DNA of 64,000 nt, from NCBI GenBank assembly GCA_000182565.2, contig KQ257461.1. One strand, given 5' to 3'. Source of the DNA: Spizellomyces punctatus DAOM BR117 (lineage: Eukaryota). Positions within the stretch are counted from its first letter, which is position 1. The number at the start of each line of letters is the position of its first letter. Positions 12,418 through 24,395 of the stretch are shown here, piece by piece. Below the pieces are notes generated by a model. It saw only the letters and a list, made by a program, of their open reading frames with translations. It was not told where the DNA came from and ran no database searches. Position numbers and translations under genes: made by a program.

Positions 12418-12933
12418 ATGTCATCCACCTCGACCCCAGAAGCCAAGGAAAAAGGCAAAGGAAAGGCCCAAGCGCCAACACCATCCGCGGACGATGAACC
12501 CGGCATTGCACTTTTATACGCCGATTTCGGTGACGAAGAAGAGGAAGATGATGAAGAGTTTGAGCTTCAAGAGGAAGAAGCCAGCGAAGATGAAGACTTT
12601 GACTCGGATGAGGACGAAGATGCGGAACCAAAAGGAAACCATGACGTAAGCAGCAAAGCAGAGACGACAGCGACAGACCCAGAAGAGGAGGTGGGACAAC
12701 CTGACGAGGAGATTGATGATGAAGTTGCGGAATTGTTCCAAGAAGCTGAAGAGATGGGTGATGGTGGGGATATGGTTTCGGGCCTGCGGTCGGGAAAAGT
12801 AAAGGGCAAACTTGGAGACGTGCATGGGAAACCACAGGGAGGCTCATCGAGCAATGGGACGCAAAAGCGGACGAGACAGGATGTGGATGAGGGCCAGGGC
12901 GAAGCGAAAAAAGTGAAAGGGGCAGAAGCGTGA
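12418..12933 (+). CDS. Small acidic nuclear protein, histone-chaperone-like; intronless
   Basis: 171 aa with D/E tracts, motif GIALLYADFGDEEEEDDEEF, and a bipartite NLS-like KRTR...KKVK. Confidence 0.75.
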   Translation: MSSTSTPEAKEKGKGKAQAPTPSADDEPGIALLYADFGDEEEEDDEEFELQEEEASEDEDFDSDEDEDAEPKGNHDVSSKAETTATDPEEEVGQPDEEIDDEVAELFQEAEEMGDGGDMVSGLRSGKVKGKLGDVHGKPQGGSSSNGTQKRTRQDVDEGQGEAKKVKGAEA

Positions 12934-13210
12934 TGCTACTATCATTCTAGGCACATTCTGAACGACTCGTGGCTAGGTAGTGTCATGCCTTGGGAATAGA
13001 TGTCACTGCCCAGTGCCATCGAGCCCCACATTTTAGTAATTTGTACATAAGAGCTCCTCTTTTTTGCTAAATATCGTTTTGAACGATTATGGTCCTATTG
13101 AAAAATGATCGATATTCTAAAAAGAAAAATGCCTACACCGTCATTAAAACATTCTCAAACCGGCCAGCCGGCAAACAAAAAATCATTATACACAAGCGTT
13201 TTTCCGCTCC

Positions 13211-13702
13211 CTAACTCGCCCGCCACTACCAAAACACACACACAAAAATCAAAACTCGAGTAAAAGTTTATAGCCAACTCTTGATATTTTACGATACCTC
13301 TGCAGCCAAATCCGGTTGCTCACGATCGACAATCGGGAGTCGTCCCGGACCAATACTCTTTTGTGACTCTAGCTTGGCTGCTAAAGAACCTCCACCGCCT
13401 TGAACTCCTCGAGAAGCCGAGGCCTAGAGTTACAAAAACAAATAGAGTATTCATTGGTTAGTATCAATTGCCCGGTTACTCAATACACACCATCTGAAAC
13501 CAAAACATGATGGTGAATACGAGAGTATGAGCCGCACCTGTGCTCTTGCTTCTGCCGCGGCTAGCCGTGCTTCTCTCTCGGCATCGGTTTGCCTGTTTTT
13601 TGGGCCCGTCAACGGGGTTGCCGGGTCTGTTGACTCTGATGATCCGAGTTTCTGTCCACCCTTACGCTCTCCACCACAACACGCCGAGAAAAGGTTGCCC
13701 AT
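13211..13702 (-). CDS. SVIP-like small lipidated protein; 3 exons
   Basis: MGNLFSACCGG (myristoylation Gly plus palmitoylation Cys), REARLAAAEARAQ|ASASRGVQGGGG (VIM-like), ending ...AAE|WRAS*. Confidence 0.7.
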
Positions 13703-14121
13703 GTCTTTGAAGACGAGGAATTTTGGTCCTTTTGTCGGAAAAGAAGCTCATCCCAGGCAATCATTCAATGTCGTGGCGCTACTGCTGCGCCACCCTTATG
13801 ACAAAGTGCCCGCTGTTGAGAATTTCAAGGTTGATCCTACACGTTGCTGCGAAAGACTTTGCATACAAATTGTAAACAAACTAATTTCCTTGTTAGGATC
13901 TTTAATTTGATAACAATCTATGGTTCGGAACCTGGCAATACTCTACAATAGTCTATTCACATCAACAACACATGGTACACGAATCAGTTGTGGTCCAACA
14001 TAATAATCTTGCTTGTTTACGATCATTACAGGGCCTCAGAATGCGGCAAGCATTGTTGGCACCTGTTCTCGATTGGATGAGAATGATTAGGGGCATACAC
14101 TCAATATCCGATCATGACCTC

Positions 14122-16180
14122 TTAAGTTGCCATATTTGATGTATCAGGACACATGAAATACGATTTGACTTTCTGCATAGTAGCCCGAGTAGGTGATGCC
14201 TACAGTGTAAATATTCAGATTGGGCAAAGAACCATAGTAGTCGCAACACGCGGAAATACATACGACATGTCTATGCGACTGAATGAATAACAGACGGTTA
14301 TGAACAATTTCCTTTGTGACTGTGATAAACAAAATTATTATCAGCTATAAATATGATGCAGTAGTAACTGGCAAGCTGCATCGTACCTTTGGGTGATTTC
14401 ACATCTGGATGCAGTCGTCCCTGGTCGTCCATATAGCGAATGAGGACTGCCAAGGCCATGCCGACTGACCGATCCTTACCTGTCACATGTCAATTCGCAG
14501 GTTAGTTGCAAAGAATAATTTCGTTACATGTCAGACATGTTTGATATCACCTTGTCCCTACCTTGCATGCAATGAAAAAGAATCTTTTTCCCATCTTTGA
14601 TAGGGTTCTGTACAAAATTTAGGACTATTGGCAGGCATCGGAACAGTTCATGCTGCCCCTTTTTGCCTTCGGGTATTGGGAGGTACAAATATCGACCGTT
14701 CTTTGCATAGGTTTGGAATTCCGTGCAGTCATATTCAGGAGCCCCGCAGTTGATAACAAAGTCAAAGATGGACCAGCAATATGGTGGTCGGCCGCTAGTG
14801 CGGTTGCCAATAGCAATTCCCATTTCGCCAAGCCATTCAAAGGAGACGGTATTCTTCTTTGGCATGCCAGCCTCCAGGTTTCTGCTGGCCAAGATACTGG
14901 AAACAACTTGCTCACATTCTGTCGTATTACTGGTTGCCAAAATCTCCTCTGCGTTTTCCCAAAATATTGATGGGTCCAGGCCCTTGAACAACATGTCAGT
15001 GAGCTATCGCTTGGCAACAGCCACGAGATGGGATCACACCTGGCCCCACATTTCATGGTCGTCAGCCGAACCCTGCACATATGTATACCCTTCTCGCCGG
15101 TCCATGCCATCAGGTACAGCCTGTGAAGCACTTAGGAGTATAACTGGATAGAAATCAAGGTCGTCTCCGTCATGCCATCCAAAGCTCATTTCCATGTCGG
15201 TGGCCGGCGTGATCCAGAGGGGCCGCAGAGGCTTTTGGAGGCTTTCGGAAAGCGAAGCAATATCGGCTGTCGAAGCCTGGATAGAATGTCATCAGTGAGG
15301 TACATACACTAGATTTAATGCGAACGCGATCAATACCATCAGCTTCTTCACAAACGCGGGAATTCGTAGAGCCATTTGATCGTGTTCAGATCTGGACACG
15401 ACCGAAGGAAGCGTACAGAGGCCTATATCTCGTTGCATCTCTGCTTCTGGTACCGGCTGTTGAGATGGCGCATCTTTCTGCCCATTGATAGTTCCATCAC
15501 ATGATTGACTTTGTGAACCTAGTCCCCCAAGCGAGTCGCGGTATTCTTTCACGGCAGCATTCAAGACTGCGCACCAGATGGGTATCGTCTTTGACAAACT
15601 ATCCGGAATCCGTTTGCCATTTCGGGTAGAGTCTACAATGATACATCTGAGCAAAATTCCTTGAGCACAATGTCCCTAATTTGTTTGATCATGTGTGTTA
15701 CAGAAAAACTGTTACCCTTTGTGCTTGCAGATATCGGACAGGATGTGGAAATTCAATCGACGTAGGTTAAAGTCCCATTTCCCAAAATGACCGTCCGTCG
15801 ATTTGAAATATACACTCTTTCCAAAAGCCTGAACAGTGCAAAAGCGTCACGACGACGGAGTCTTCACGAGCCCCAGGGTAGGCCCCCGTGCAAAACAAAC
15901 AAAAAAAAAAACTCGTACTATATGACGTGCATTACCTTGTCAGGATCAAGGTACCAGCTTCCGCAACGCTCATTCGCAATGAGTGGAAGGTGAGGGAAGC
16001 GGGATGCCACTTTAGCAACAAAAGCGGAATCCTCTGCAATGGATCTCAGGCGATTATAACTATATATACGTCACAGTCTTCAGCTGACTTGTCCTGCTTT
16101 TCCACCATGCAATCCCCTTTTCCTTACATGTTGCGGGATTCCTTTCGAATGGCCTCTCTCTGCTTTTGCACAGTCTGCAT
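14122..16180 (-). CDS. RIT1: Initiator tRNA A64 2'-O-ribosylphosphate transferase
   Basis: YNRLRSIAEDSAF, IANERCGSWY, YFKSTDGH, IVDSTRNGKRIPDSLSKTIPIWCAVLN, and a C-terminal DUSP-like HCMQ|GKDRSVG. Confidence 0.93.
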
Positions 16181-16559
16181 GACCTTACTCCATCATGACG
16201 GTGACCGAACGCTTACCCCACAATATCCACCAACTGTAATGCACGTGACAAAGCCAAGGGCCTCCGAATTTCCTTCTTGAAACAACACAAGAGCCCCCTA
16301 AACGCACCGCCCGCTTGCACAGAATTGCACCAATCAGAGAGAGTGAATATAACCATATATAGTATAATGACAGAGCCCAGCAGCGCAAAATCAACAAAAA
16401 GAAAGAGAAAGAAATGACGCTCCTACTGCGTAAAGCATCCGAATGGGAACTGGCGGTCCAACGAGTGTGGTTATTTAAAGGGCAGAACAAGCAACGCATT
16501 TCACCCCATCGTTCATCGTCGTCGTTGTTCTTTACCTCCTGAAAATAATAATTTCTATC

Positions 16560-17357
16560 ATGTTTTCCATCAAGACAATCTCTATTGGCCTCGTTCTCGC
16601 TCTCGCTTCCTCTGTGAACGCACAAGCTACGGGTGGTCTGCCAACAGCCGACATTCTCAACCCCGCGCTTCCAGAAGCATGCAAAAACGCTGCTAGCGGT
16701 CTTCTCGTCAAGGCTCTTACCAGCTGCAACCTCGCTGAGCTTCTGCCCCTTGCTAGCACTGCATCAAAGGACCCTCTCGCCGCTGTTGGATCCGCTATCA
16801 ACTCGCCCACGTTCTTGACCAACCTTTGCGGTACAGATTGCTCCAACACTATCAACTCTATTGGATCGTCCCTCAGCTCTTGCGGCAACACCCCACTGTT
16901 TGTCGCCAATGCAACCACTCCAGCATCATCCCCAACAGCTGCTGCCAATGGTCTGACCGCCAGTGATCTTGCTGGTCTTTCCAAGTACGCTCAAAACGTC
17001 ATGTGCGTCAAGACTTCGGACAACAAGCAATTCTGTCTGCAAGAGCGTTTCGCCGTCATCAAGCAGCAGTTCCCCAATGGCGATGTGACTGTTGAAAAGG
17101 CCGTCGCTAACGAAAAGGTTGCTTGCTCTGCCTGCTCAAAGGCCCTCTCTGACGTCGCATCCAAGACCGACGGTGTCCCAGCCAACATTGTTAGCGAAGC
17201 AAAGCCTGCTCTTGATGCTTTCAAGGCCAGGCTTGGCCAGTGCCCTGCGGGCTCCTTGACAGCTAGTAGCACCCAAAGCAGTGCCGGACAAACTGTTGTT
17301 GTCGGTTCCTCAGCTGCAGCACTTGCCGCCGTCGCCGCTGCTGCTTTGCTCGCCTAA
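16560..17357 (+). CDS. Secreted Cys-rich, probably GPI-anchored surface protein; intronless
   Basis: Signal peptide, about 10 Cys, Ser/Thr spacer and hydrophobic C-terminus SSAGQTVVVGSSAAALAAVAAAALLA. Confidence 0.85.
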   Translation: MFSIKTISIGLVLALASSVNAQATGGLPTADILNPALPEACKNAASGLLVKALTSCNLAELLPLASTASKDPLAAVGSAINSPTFLTNLCGTDCSNTINSIGSSLSSCGNTPLFVANATTPASSPTAAANGLTASDLAGLSKYAQNVMCVKTSDNKQFCLQERFAVIKQQFPNGDVTVEKAVANEKVACSACSKALSDVASKTDGVPANIVSEAKPALDAFKARLGQCPAGSLTASSTQSSAGQTVVVGSSAAALAAVAAAALLA

Positions 17358-17659
17358 GCTGCAGAATGTAACCTGGCTATATAGATAGATCAATTTATTC
17401 GTCATGGGAGTAATTATTGCAACCATTCGGAAGGACGATGGCGGATCTGAAAAAAGTGGAGGATTTGTATGTAGAGTATTTGTCGGTTTGTAAACATCAA
17501 TACATAACCCTTGTAAAGACAAGAATTTTGGGCTCAATATATGAATATTCTGGACAAGGAAACTATCTAAAATCAAAAACTCCATACAATGATATTTCTG
17601 CCACGAAAAAGACAACCACACATTGGCTATTAAATTGGGATATCAAAAAAAAACCTACA

Positions 17660-18850
17660 CTATCTTGTCACAGACATTTTTCGCATTGTCTGCGCAGCTC
17701 GCTGGCCTGTAAGCGGTTGGGGAAAGCTATCCATAATCCGCTCCAACTCTTCAAATCGCTGCTCCTTCTTTTGATTTTGAGTCATGGCATCCTGGTTTGC
17801 TAATCGTCGGTCTTCAAGTCGGTCCATGCGAGCACTCAGACCATTCATAAATAGGTCACGTTGCTTTGCTGTGGACATTTCATAGCGCTGCTGGTTGAGA
17901 TCAGGAGATTCGGATTTTTGAAGATCGAGTTGGAGTTTTGATAGGTCATTGTGGAAAAGCTGTTCTTTGGTCATAAAGTCCTAGTACCCATGAAATAAAT
18001 ATTTAGTAATGAACGAATAAATAAAGAATGACGGTATCTCTAGTCAACGTACCTGATTCTTGAAACGGCTCTTCTCTTGTCGGTCCAAAAGACCACCTAA
18101 TCGCCCAATCTCCATCCGATTCTTTTGATCAGCAGAGAGCATTACCCGCTGATTGCTCATACTCCGCTGCCCAGCGACAGTAATTTGGTCAACCAGCTTT
18201 TGCAAGGCAGCGTATCGATTACGTCCCGTAGGCACAGCTCTCTGGTTTTGGAAATTTTCTTTTCCCCGATTCAACCGGTCAATCAGGGCAAGAAGAGCTG
18301 CACCAGACATGATCTTTTCCTGTCGTGGATTCAACAACACCGACTGGTCATCCAACCGCGGGGCCATTTTGAGCACGCGGTCAATGGCAGCAAACACCTG
18401 TCCCAGTTCATCGTTGGAAAGCCGAGGCTTGCCAGTAGACAATCCACCCTTTTTTTGTATTCCGAGAGCTTCTTCATATGTAGGTGGGTGAGAGGGTACG
18501 TCTTTTGGTGTCGCACATATTGTTTCAATAAGGTCCATGAGACGGTCAATCTCTGCCCACAAGACTCGTTGTTCAGGGGTCAGAGTGTTGACATCGCGAT
18601 TGCACACATTTTCAACGAGGAGCAAGAGACGTTCTAGTTCTGCCCATATTGCCTGTTGGTTCAAGGGAAGGTCGAGGGCGGTCGTACTGAGGGAGGGAGG
18701 AAGGAATGTTCTTGGGTCGGTCGTTGGTGCCAAAGGCGCACTCTGTAATAACTGCTCGAGGTGTTCGCTTCTTGTTCTGCCATCTTGCAGTGTCTGAAGG
18801 GTTTCTTGTGTTGTTGTCCTTGTCCTTGGTTCCTCCTGGTAGCACTCCAT
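17660..18850 (-). CDS. Uncharacterised helical protein with internal repeats and a PPTY motif; 2 exons
   Basis: Long ORF joined in frame FKNQ|DFMTKEQ by an intron at about 17982-18052; repeated 'QQAIWAELERLL/QRVLWAEIDRLM' units. Confidence 0.65.
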
Positions 18851-18939
18851 TGTCCGGTACTGTTGTGATCTGAAAGGTTCACTGCGCAGCAATTGAGAAT
18901 GTTTCGACAAAAGATACACAAGTTAAAGCTGTTTGAGAG

Positions 18940-18959
18940 GTGTGTGTGTGTGTGTGTGT
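18940..18959. repeat. (GT)n microsatellite
   Basis: About 10 GT units; a shorter copy lies near 19029-19038. Confidence 0.8.
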
Positions 18960-19339
18960 TGGTGGTTGGCCGCTCTTTTTATCCAATTTGGTTCACAAGA
19001 AAAACGATTTCCTCAAAATGTTTTGTTTGTGTGTGTGTTGACAAGAAATAAGCGGCTTGGTCACTATTGTTAGCTACTCAAAGCGTGTAAACCCCCCAGT
19101 CCGCTTCATGACGCGGCTTTCATTGGTCTATTTTGGCCTTAATGAAGGGTTTACGTAAGGCACACCCTTTTCATTTAGCCCTTCCAACCTGCACTTTTAA
19201 ACAATCCGATCGCACGGCCCAAGAGGGATTTCTGAACTAAATATATACTACAGCATCTTAGTTTGTTTGATGGGATATTATATTTTTAATTTTAATAATG
19301 CGCAAGCGAGGATGTATATAAAAGTTTAGGGGAAAAGAT

Positions 19340-20179
19340 TCACGTCTGCGTGAGCTTTTCTCTCCTACTTCTATACTTCATAAAACCTATTCCGGCTGCA
19401 ACTATTGCTGCAAACCCACCGGCGCCAGCGACATTGAACACGATATTGTTGGGTTCTTCCTTCTTTTCGGCTTCCTTGCCGGCTTCTCCTTTTTCTCCTT
19501 CACCGAGTGCACCGGCTTCTGCGCCAGGTTTGCTTTCTCCCTCTTTCTTTTCTCCCTCTTTGGTTGCGCCTTCTTTGCTTTCACCTTCTTTGCTTGCACC
19601 CTCGGTGGATTTTTCTCCAACTACTGGAACCCCCCCTTCATTCGCCCTAGATTCGGTCGGGGGAAGGTTTGGAGGTCTGACTTCTGGCTGCGTAGTTGGC
19701 TGAGAAGGCTGAGGTTCAGCCGGTTTCACGGTAGGTGTTGGTTGGTTGGCCTCTTGGCTAATAGTAGCGCTTGATGACGTCGTCGTCGTTTGAGGAGGGG
19801 CTGGCGACGGAACAGATTGCGCAGGCGGAGCGGGTGCTGTGGAGGACTGAGGACGAGGAATGGATTGTGGGATGCCCACTATCACTGTTGGCGGCGGCTG
19901 CCGTACGCGACCATCCCTGTTGCCCGCCACAAAAGTGACTGTGATGAGACCATTTGTGGTCCGAGTAGCAACGTTTACCGTCGTAGATGGGCGTGCCTGA
20001 GCAGATACTGATGGTGGTGTGTTGGTCGGCGGGGATGATTCAAGAGACATTCGCCTCGCAAGGCCATTCTGGGTATCTTCTTGACGTTGTGCCGCAACCA
20101 ATGGAAGTCCTTGTACTGCTACAAAGTAGCTGAGAATCAAGCTAATGACCATGGATATGAAATGTGAAGGAGTATGCAT
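19340..20179 (-). CDS. Mucin-like single-pass type I membrane protein; intronless
   Basis: Signal peptide, Pro/Thr/Ser-rich region, (K/E)EG repeats, TM segment IVFNVAGAGGFAAIVAAGIGFM and basic cytosolic tail. Confidence 0.8.
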   Translation of the reverse strand: MHTPSHFISMVISLILSYFVAVQGLPLVAAQRQEDTQNGLARRMSLESSPPTNTPPSVSAQARPSTTVNVATRTTNGLITVTFVAGNRDGRVRQPPPTVIVGIPQSIPRPQSSTAPAPPAQSVPSPAPPQTTTTSSSATISQEANQPTPTVKPAEPQPSQPTTQPEVRPPNLPPTESRANEGGVPVVGEKSTEGASKEGESKEGATKEGEKKEGESKPGAEAGALGEGEKGEAGKEAEKKEEPNNIVFNVAGAGGFAAIVAAGIGFMKYRSRREKLTQT

Positions 20180-20888
20180 GATTATTTACCACTGCAAAGT
20201 GCGGGTAAAAAAGGTCAAGCATTGCTTGATATATAAAAACCACAGAGATCTATGCCAAGAGTTTTTTTATTTCATTTGGAGGGAGTTGTCCTAAAACCCA
20301 TCTATTGAATCGACCGATAATGATGCCACACGTGAATTTGACTTTGCATTCTTGGCCGTCTAAATAAGATTCTAAGAGTTTTTGAAACGCGCGTTTCATA
20401 ACTTACTTGAACCGGAGGGTTAAAAGATATTTTGCCAAGAAAAGTTGGCATTTCTTATTGCAAATCTATTGCCACACACAAAGCACATAAAGCAAAACAC
20501 TCGAGGAGAAACAACTGTAAGACTCGGGGACCATACGGGCGGAGGGGACTGCCGTGAAAAAAAGTTGTCTTGGCGTTAAATCTCCGCGCTCTCTCTCCAT
20601 ATTTGTCGTGCGGTTTGCCCCCCCGCCCTTTTTTGTTGCTTTTGCAAAGCATGTCCGTTGTGGCAAAAAGCGGGAATTGCTGGTGGCGATCTCGATACAT
20701 TTTGTTTTGGGGGAATGGCATTTCTTCTTTTAATTCCATGGGTGTTCCATGCCTTCATAACGCATGTCATAACGCATGCCATTTCACTTGATATTGCATG
20801 TAAATGTAACGCAAAAGTAGCACCCATCCTATTTCATCACTATTTACAAAAATATGCTTAAGGGCCACCATTAACACACATGGGTAAG

Positions 20889-22184
20889 CTATATGGGTTG
20901 CCCCTGCAGTCGCCCCTCCATATCTGCTGTAATCGCCGACAAATCCAAAATAAACTGCTGTATCTTGTCCAGCTGAACTAGTGTGTCATTTGTGGTATTT
21001 AGTCGATTGTTCAAGTGCGATTTTACGAGGTTGAAGAGATTATTTGTTGCCCTGTTTCCTTTTGGTGTGAGCAAAACAATGCGGGTGATGATACCAAGAG
21101 TCCATGTCTTACATTTTTATTTGCCCCAATAGCAGTGACTTTTGGGTTGCATTGTTCATTGTTTGATCGCATTCCGACTGCCATTTTGCACTGCGAAACT
21201 GTAATTCTTCTAGCTTTGTTTGGAGTTTTGCAATGTCATTATTGTAGTTGAGTATTGTGGTATTCTTTTCCTGATATTTTCAACGAAAACACAGCACATT
21301 AGTTTTCATGTCCGGATATTCCTACCAGTAACAGATTGTCAATCGCACCTCGGTAGAATGTAGAAACGCCATCCGATCCTTTTCTGTTCGATCTTGCGCT
21401 TCCCTTGCTCGATCAAGAAGCTCCGCATTTGTCGCTGCGAGGGTATCAAATCGCCCAATAATGTCCTTTACTTCTCCAAATTCTTCTACATTTTCTAGGA
21501 CCGATTCCAGATATCGCTGATAGGCAAGATCTGTAAAGATGGGTTTCGTCATCAACTTTGTTGAATGCAGCAACTTTGTTCGTATATTGCGTTTTTTGGT
21601 TTTTACGTACTGGTATCCACATTTTTGAGCTGACGGTCCTTTTTTGATGAGAGTTTTCCCATGTTTTCTCGCAGATTTAGAATTTCCACTTCCTTTTGCT
21701 CTCTGGTTTTCCTTTCTTCATGGGACTTTTTAATGGCTCGTGTTCGTTTGGCGTCGTTCTCCTACAGCATCCACTGGCATCAGCAAGGCCATTTCACACA
21801 CTTGCATTTCCGCTACCAATATTTCAAAAAACAAACCTTTAAAAACTTGTCAAACTTCATCAAAGACTCTTTCAACTGTGTTTCTTTCCGAGCAAGCTCC
21901 TCTCTCCGCTGTGCCAAGGACTCAATCTTCATTGCAAACTCCTCCTTTTGCTGATTCAAACCGTTCTCAACTTCCAGCATCTCCCGCCGTTTTTCCAATA
22001 GCTTTGTGGCTGGTGTGAGGTCGTGGTCTTCTTGCTCTGGAACTTTACTTGGGAGATATGTCGCATGTGAGCGGTTTATAATGGAACCTTTTTTTTTGGA
22101 AAGGGGAAGAGTAACGTACATGAACAGTTTCTTTTCCATGTTGACTCGAAAGTATTCCTCGACATTTGCTAGATTGGACGTCAT
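20889..22184 (-). CDS. CCDC42/CFAP73-family flagellar coiled-coil protein (DUF4200)
   Basis: TPATKLLEKRREMLEVE...ESLMKFDKFLK|ENDAKRTRA, YQRYLESV, DIIGRFDTL, ATNNLFNLV, QLDKIQQFILDL. Confidence 0.88.
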
Positions 22185-22324
22185 TTTTGATGTAGATTAC
22201 AGGGAAAGAATAGTGTGCAATGCGGACTGTTGGGTTTTCTGTCGTTTTGTAGGCTTCACTCGATTTCATATGCTGACGAGCGGACATTTCGGGACAATCT
22301 ATATTTAGGTCAATCAGTGGATTT

Positions 22325-22338
22325 GTTGCTACGGTGAC
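22325..22338. promoter_or_regulatory. RFX X-box-like element upstream of the CCDC42/CFAP73-like gene
   Basis: GTTGCTACGGTGAC fits the GTNRCN-N2-RGYNAC pattern and lies about 140 bp from the ATG. Confidence 0.5.
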
Positions 22339-22559
22339 AGACATCATATCATGAGCCAATTTAAAGCTATCATGCTAAATGAAATCCAAAAGACGAGCGA
22401 TATTCTTATATCCTTTAATTCAAAATGTCTCGAGATATGAGATTAACTGTATAAACACACGGCAAAATGCGACTAAATATAAACATTCTACTATGCTACA
22501 TGACTATAAAATCTAAAAAGTGTCCCACCCCTTGCCTTCTAACACAAAACTCGGCAGCA

Positions 22560-23301
22560 CTATGCATACGATAACCCAGTTTGAACATACGATATCAAGA
22601 GGATGAGGGCAGTCATAACGGATCCTGAGGCGATGGTCCGGGAACCTGAACTCAACGCCGCAGGATATGGATCGGACGCAATGGGAGTCAGGGGTAACGG
22701 TCTAACAATCGTAAATTCTTGCTGTCCTATCGATGGCCAGCCTGGTGGTGTGCATGATGATGGGATGCCCGTAGTCCCCGAGCGGTCAATGTTATCAGGT
22801 ACAATACGAATCTACCAATCACAAGTTATATAAGCATATACTGCGTTTTTGAGTTATCCGAGTCACTGACTATACCTTGAAATTCCCTCCGGTGCCTGCT
22901 TGAAAGTCCTCAAGCGCCCAACTATAGTTTGTGGCCCTCGCAGGGACAGAAGCCACCTCCGCCCACTTTTGTGCATCTGATTTTTGATAGTAAATGTGGA
23001 CACTGTTGATGGGGAACTTTGACGTGTCTGTTTCTGCTGAATATGTCCATGTGACGTTGACCGGCTTTCCGACGTAGAAATAAGCTGTGGTGTTGGGAGA
23101 TGCAATGTAGACTTGTCCTATATTTGATGAATCGGTACAATTTGGATTCGGGCAAACTTGGATGAATGGATTGCAAGGCGGTGGTGCGGGCGGTGCTGGA
23201 GGAGCTGGGGCAGGCGCAGGTGCGGGCGGAGGCTGCGCGGCCGTGCCCGAAAAGAGGACAAGCAGAGAGGTGACCAGGGGGGTGATATAAACAGTGCGCA
23301 T
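22560..23301 (-). CDS. Secreted, probably GPI-anchored protein with Pro-rich linker and beta-rich (Kre9/DUF7137-like) domain; 2 exons
   Basis: Signal MRTVYITPLVTSLLVLFSGTAA, PAPAP linker, VGKPVNVTWTY...NYSW, and hydrophobic C-terminus VMTALILLISYVQTGLSYA*. Confidence 0.75.
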
Positions 23302-24395
23302 TTTCACAAGACTGTTCAGCGGATGCGCTGCGTTTGATCTTTTTCTTTGCTGCTTTAAAACAAACTTTACTGTATCTTTATGGTAAGGCTGCTGATATTC
23401 GTATGGGATCCGCTGCGCTGACGGAACAAAAGTACTGTGACGGAAAGTCCTTGTATTTGGAAACTGAGCAAAACTTGGGTTGCAAGCCCGGTTTCCCTGG
23501 CCCGTTGTCTGCGCCACTGTGTACGTCACATGACGAGAATTGATGCCTGCAGAATAACTTGGTTTTCCTTCCAATGCAAACGGAGTGCAGCACAGCACGA
23601 GAAAGAGCTGTCAACCATGCAGGAACAAGCATATTTGCACAGAATATCTTGCTTGTTGAGCTGGCTGTAATGCGCCATCTGAACGGCGACGCTCAATAAT
23701 CTTGAAAACATGTAATCTTTTGTGGTCTTTGTAGAAGGCATTTGCGTCCATGCCCTCTTAATTAGGTACTTGTAGTCACCAGAAAGCTGGCCAACCTGTA
23801 CAAATTGCAGAAATATCCCCTGGGTTGCGAAACCAATAAATTAGCACGATGTGGAGCCCTTCTCGGAACCCGTCAGCTGTTTGCCGTTATCCGATTGAAA
23901 GTGATGAAGAGTGCAAAACCCATGTCACTTGGTGCTCGTAAGAAGCGCTCATACTTACGATGATATGCTCAGTCACTTTCAAACAGTTTTTAAAGGTCAC
24001 TGGATGAAGGGTGAAATGACGAGGTAGACGCCAGCAGGGCAACATTTTGCTTCACGTAAGGTATTGCTTTGCTTTTGGATGAACGCCTCGGAAAAACTCG
24101 TTCCAATTCGAGCCTTAAAACAGGACAGATGGAGGTTGGTGCGGTTGAGTGTCCCCACATTGGCCGTTAAACGGACATAAACAAAGATGTAGGGAGACCA
24201 AAGCGTTCCATCTATTTTTAGTATCAATTATTGGGAGGACAGTAAATGACATAAAGCCTTTTCCATTACTCATGAAAAGCAAGGGTACCTAGTGTCCATT
24301 TTAATTCACTGTTCACTACCAACGCCCTTGACTGCTTCTCAGCAAAAGGACGTTTTTTTTTTTGACACAATTGACAATATCGACAAATCACAGCT

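Noticed and set aside
20755-20778. 12-bp tandem duplication TCATAACGCATG x2
   Set aside because: The duplication is real but has only two copies near a 3' end; slippage is the likely cause.
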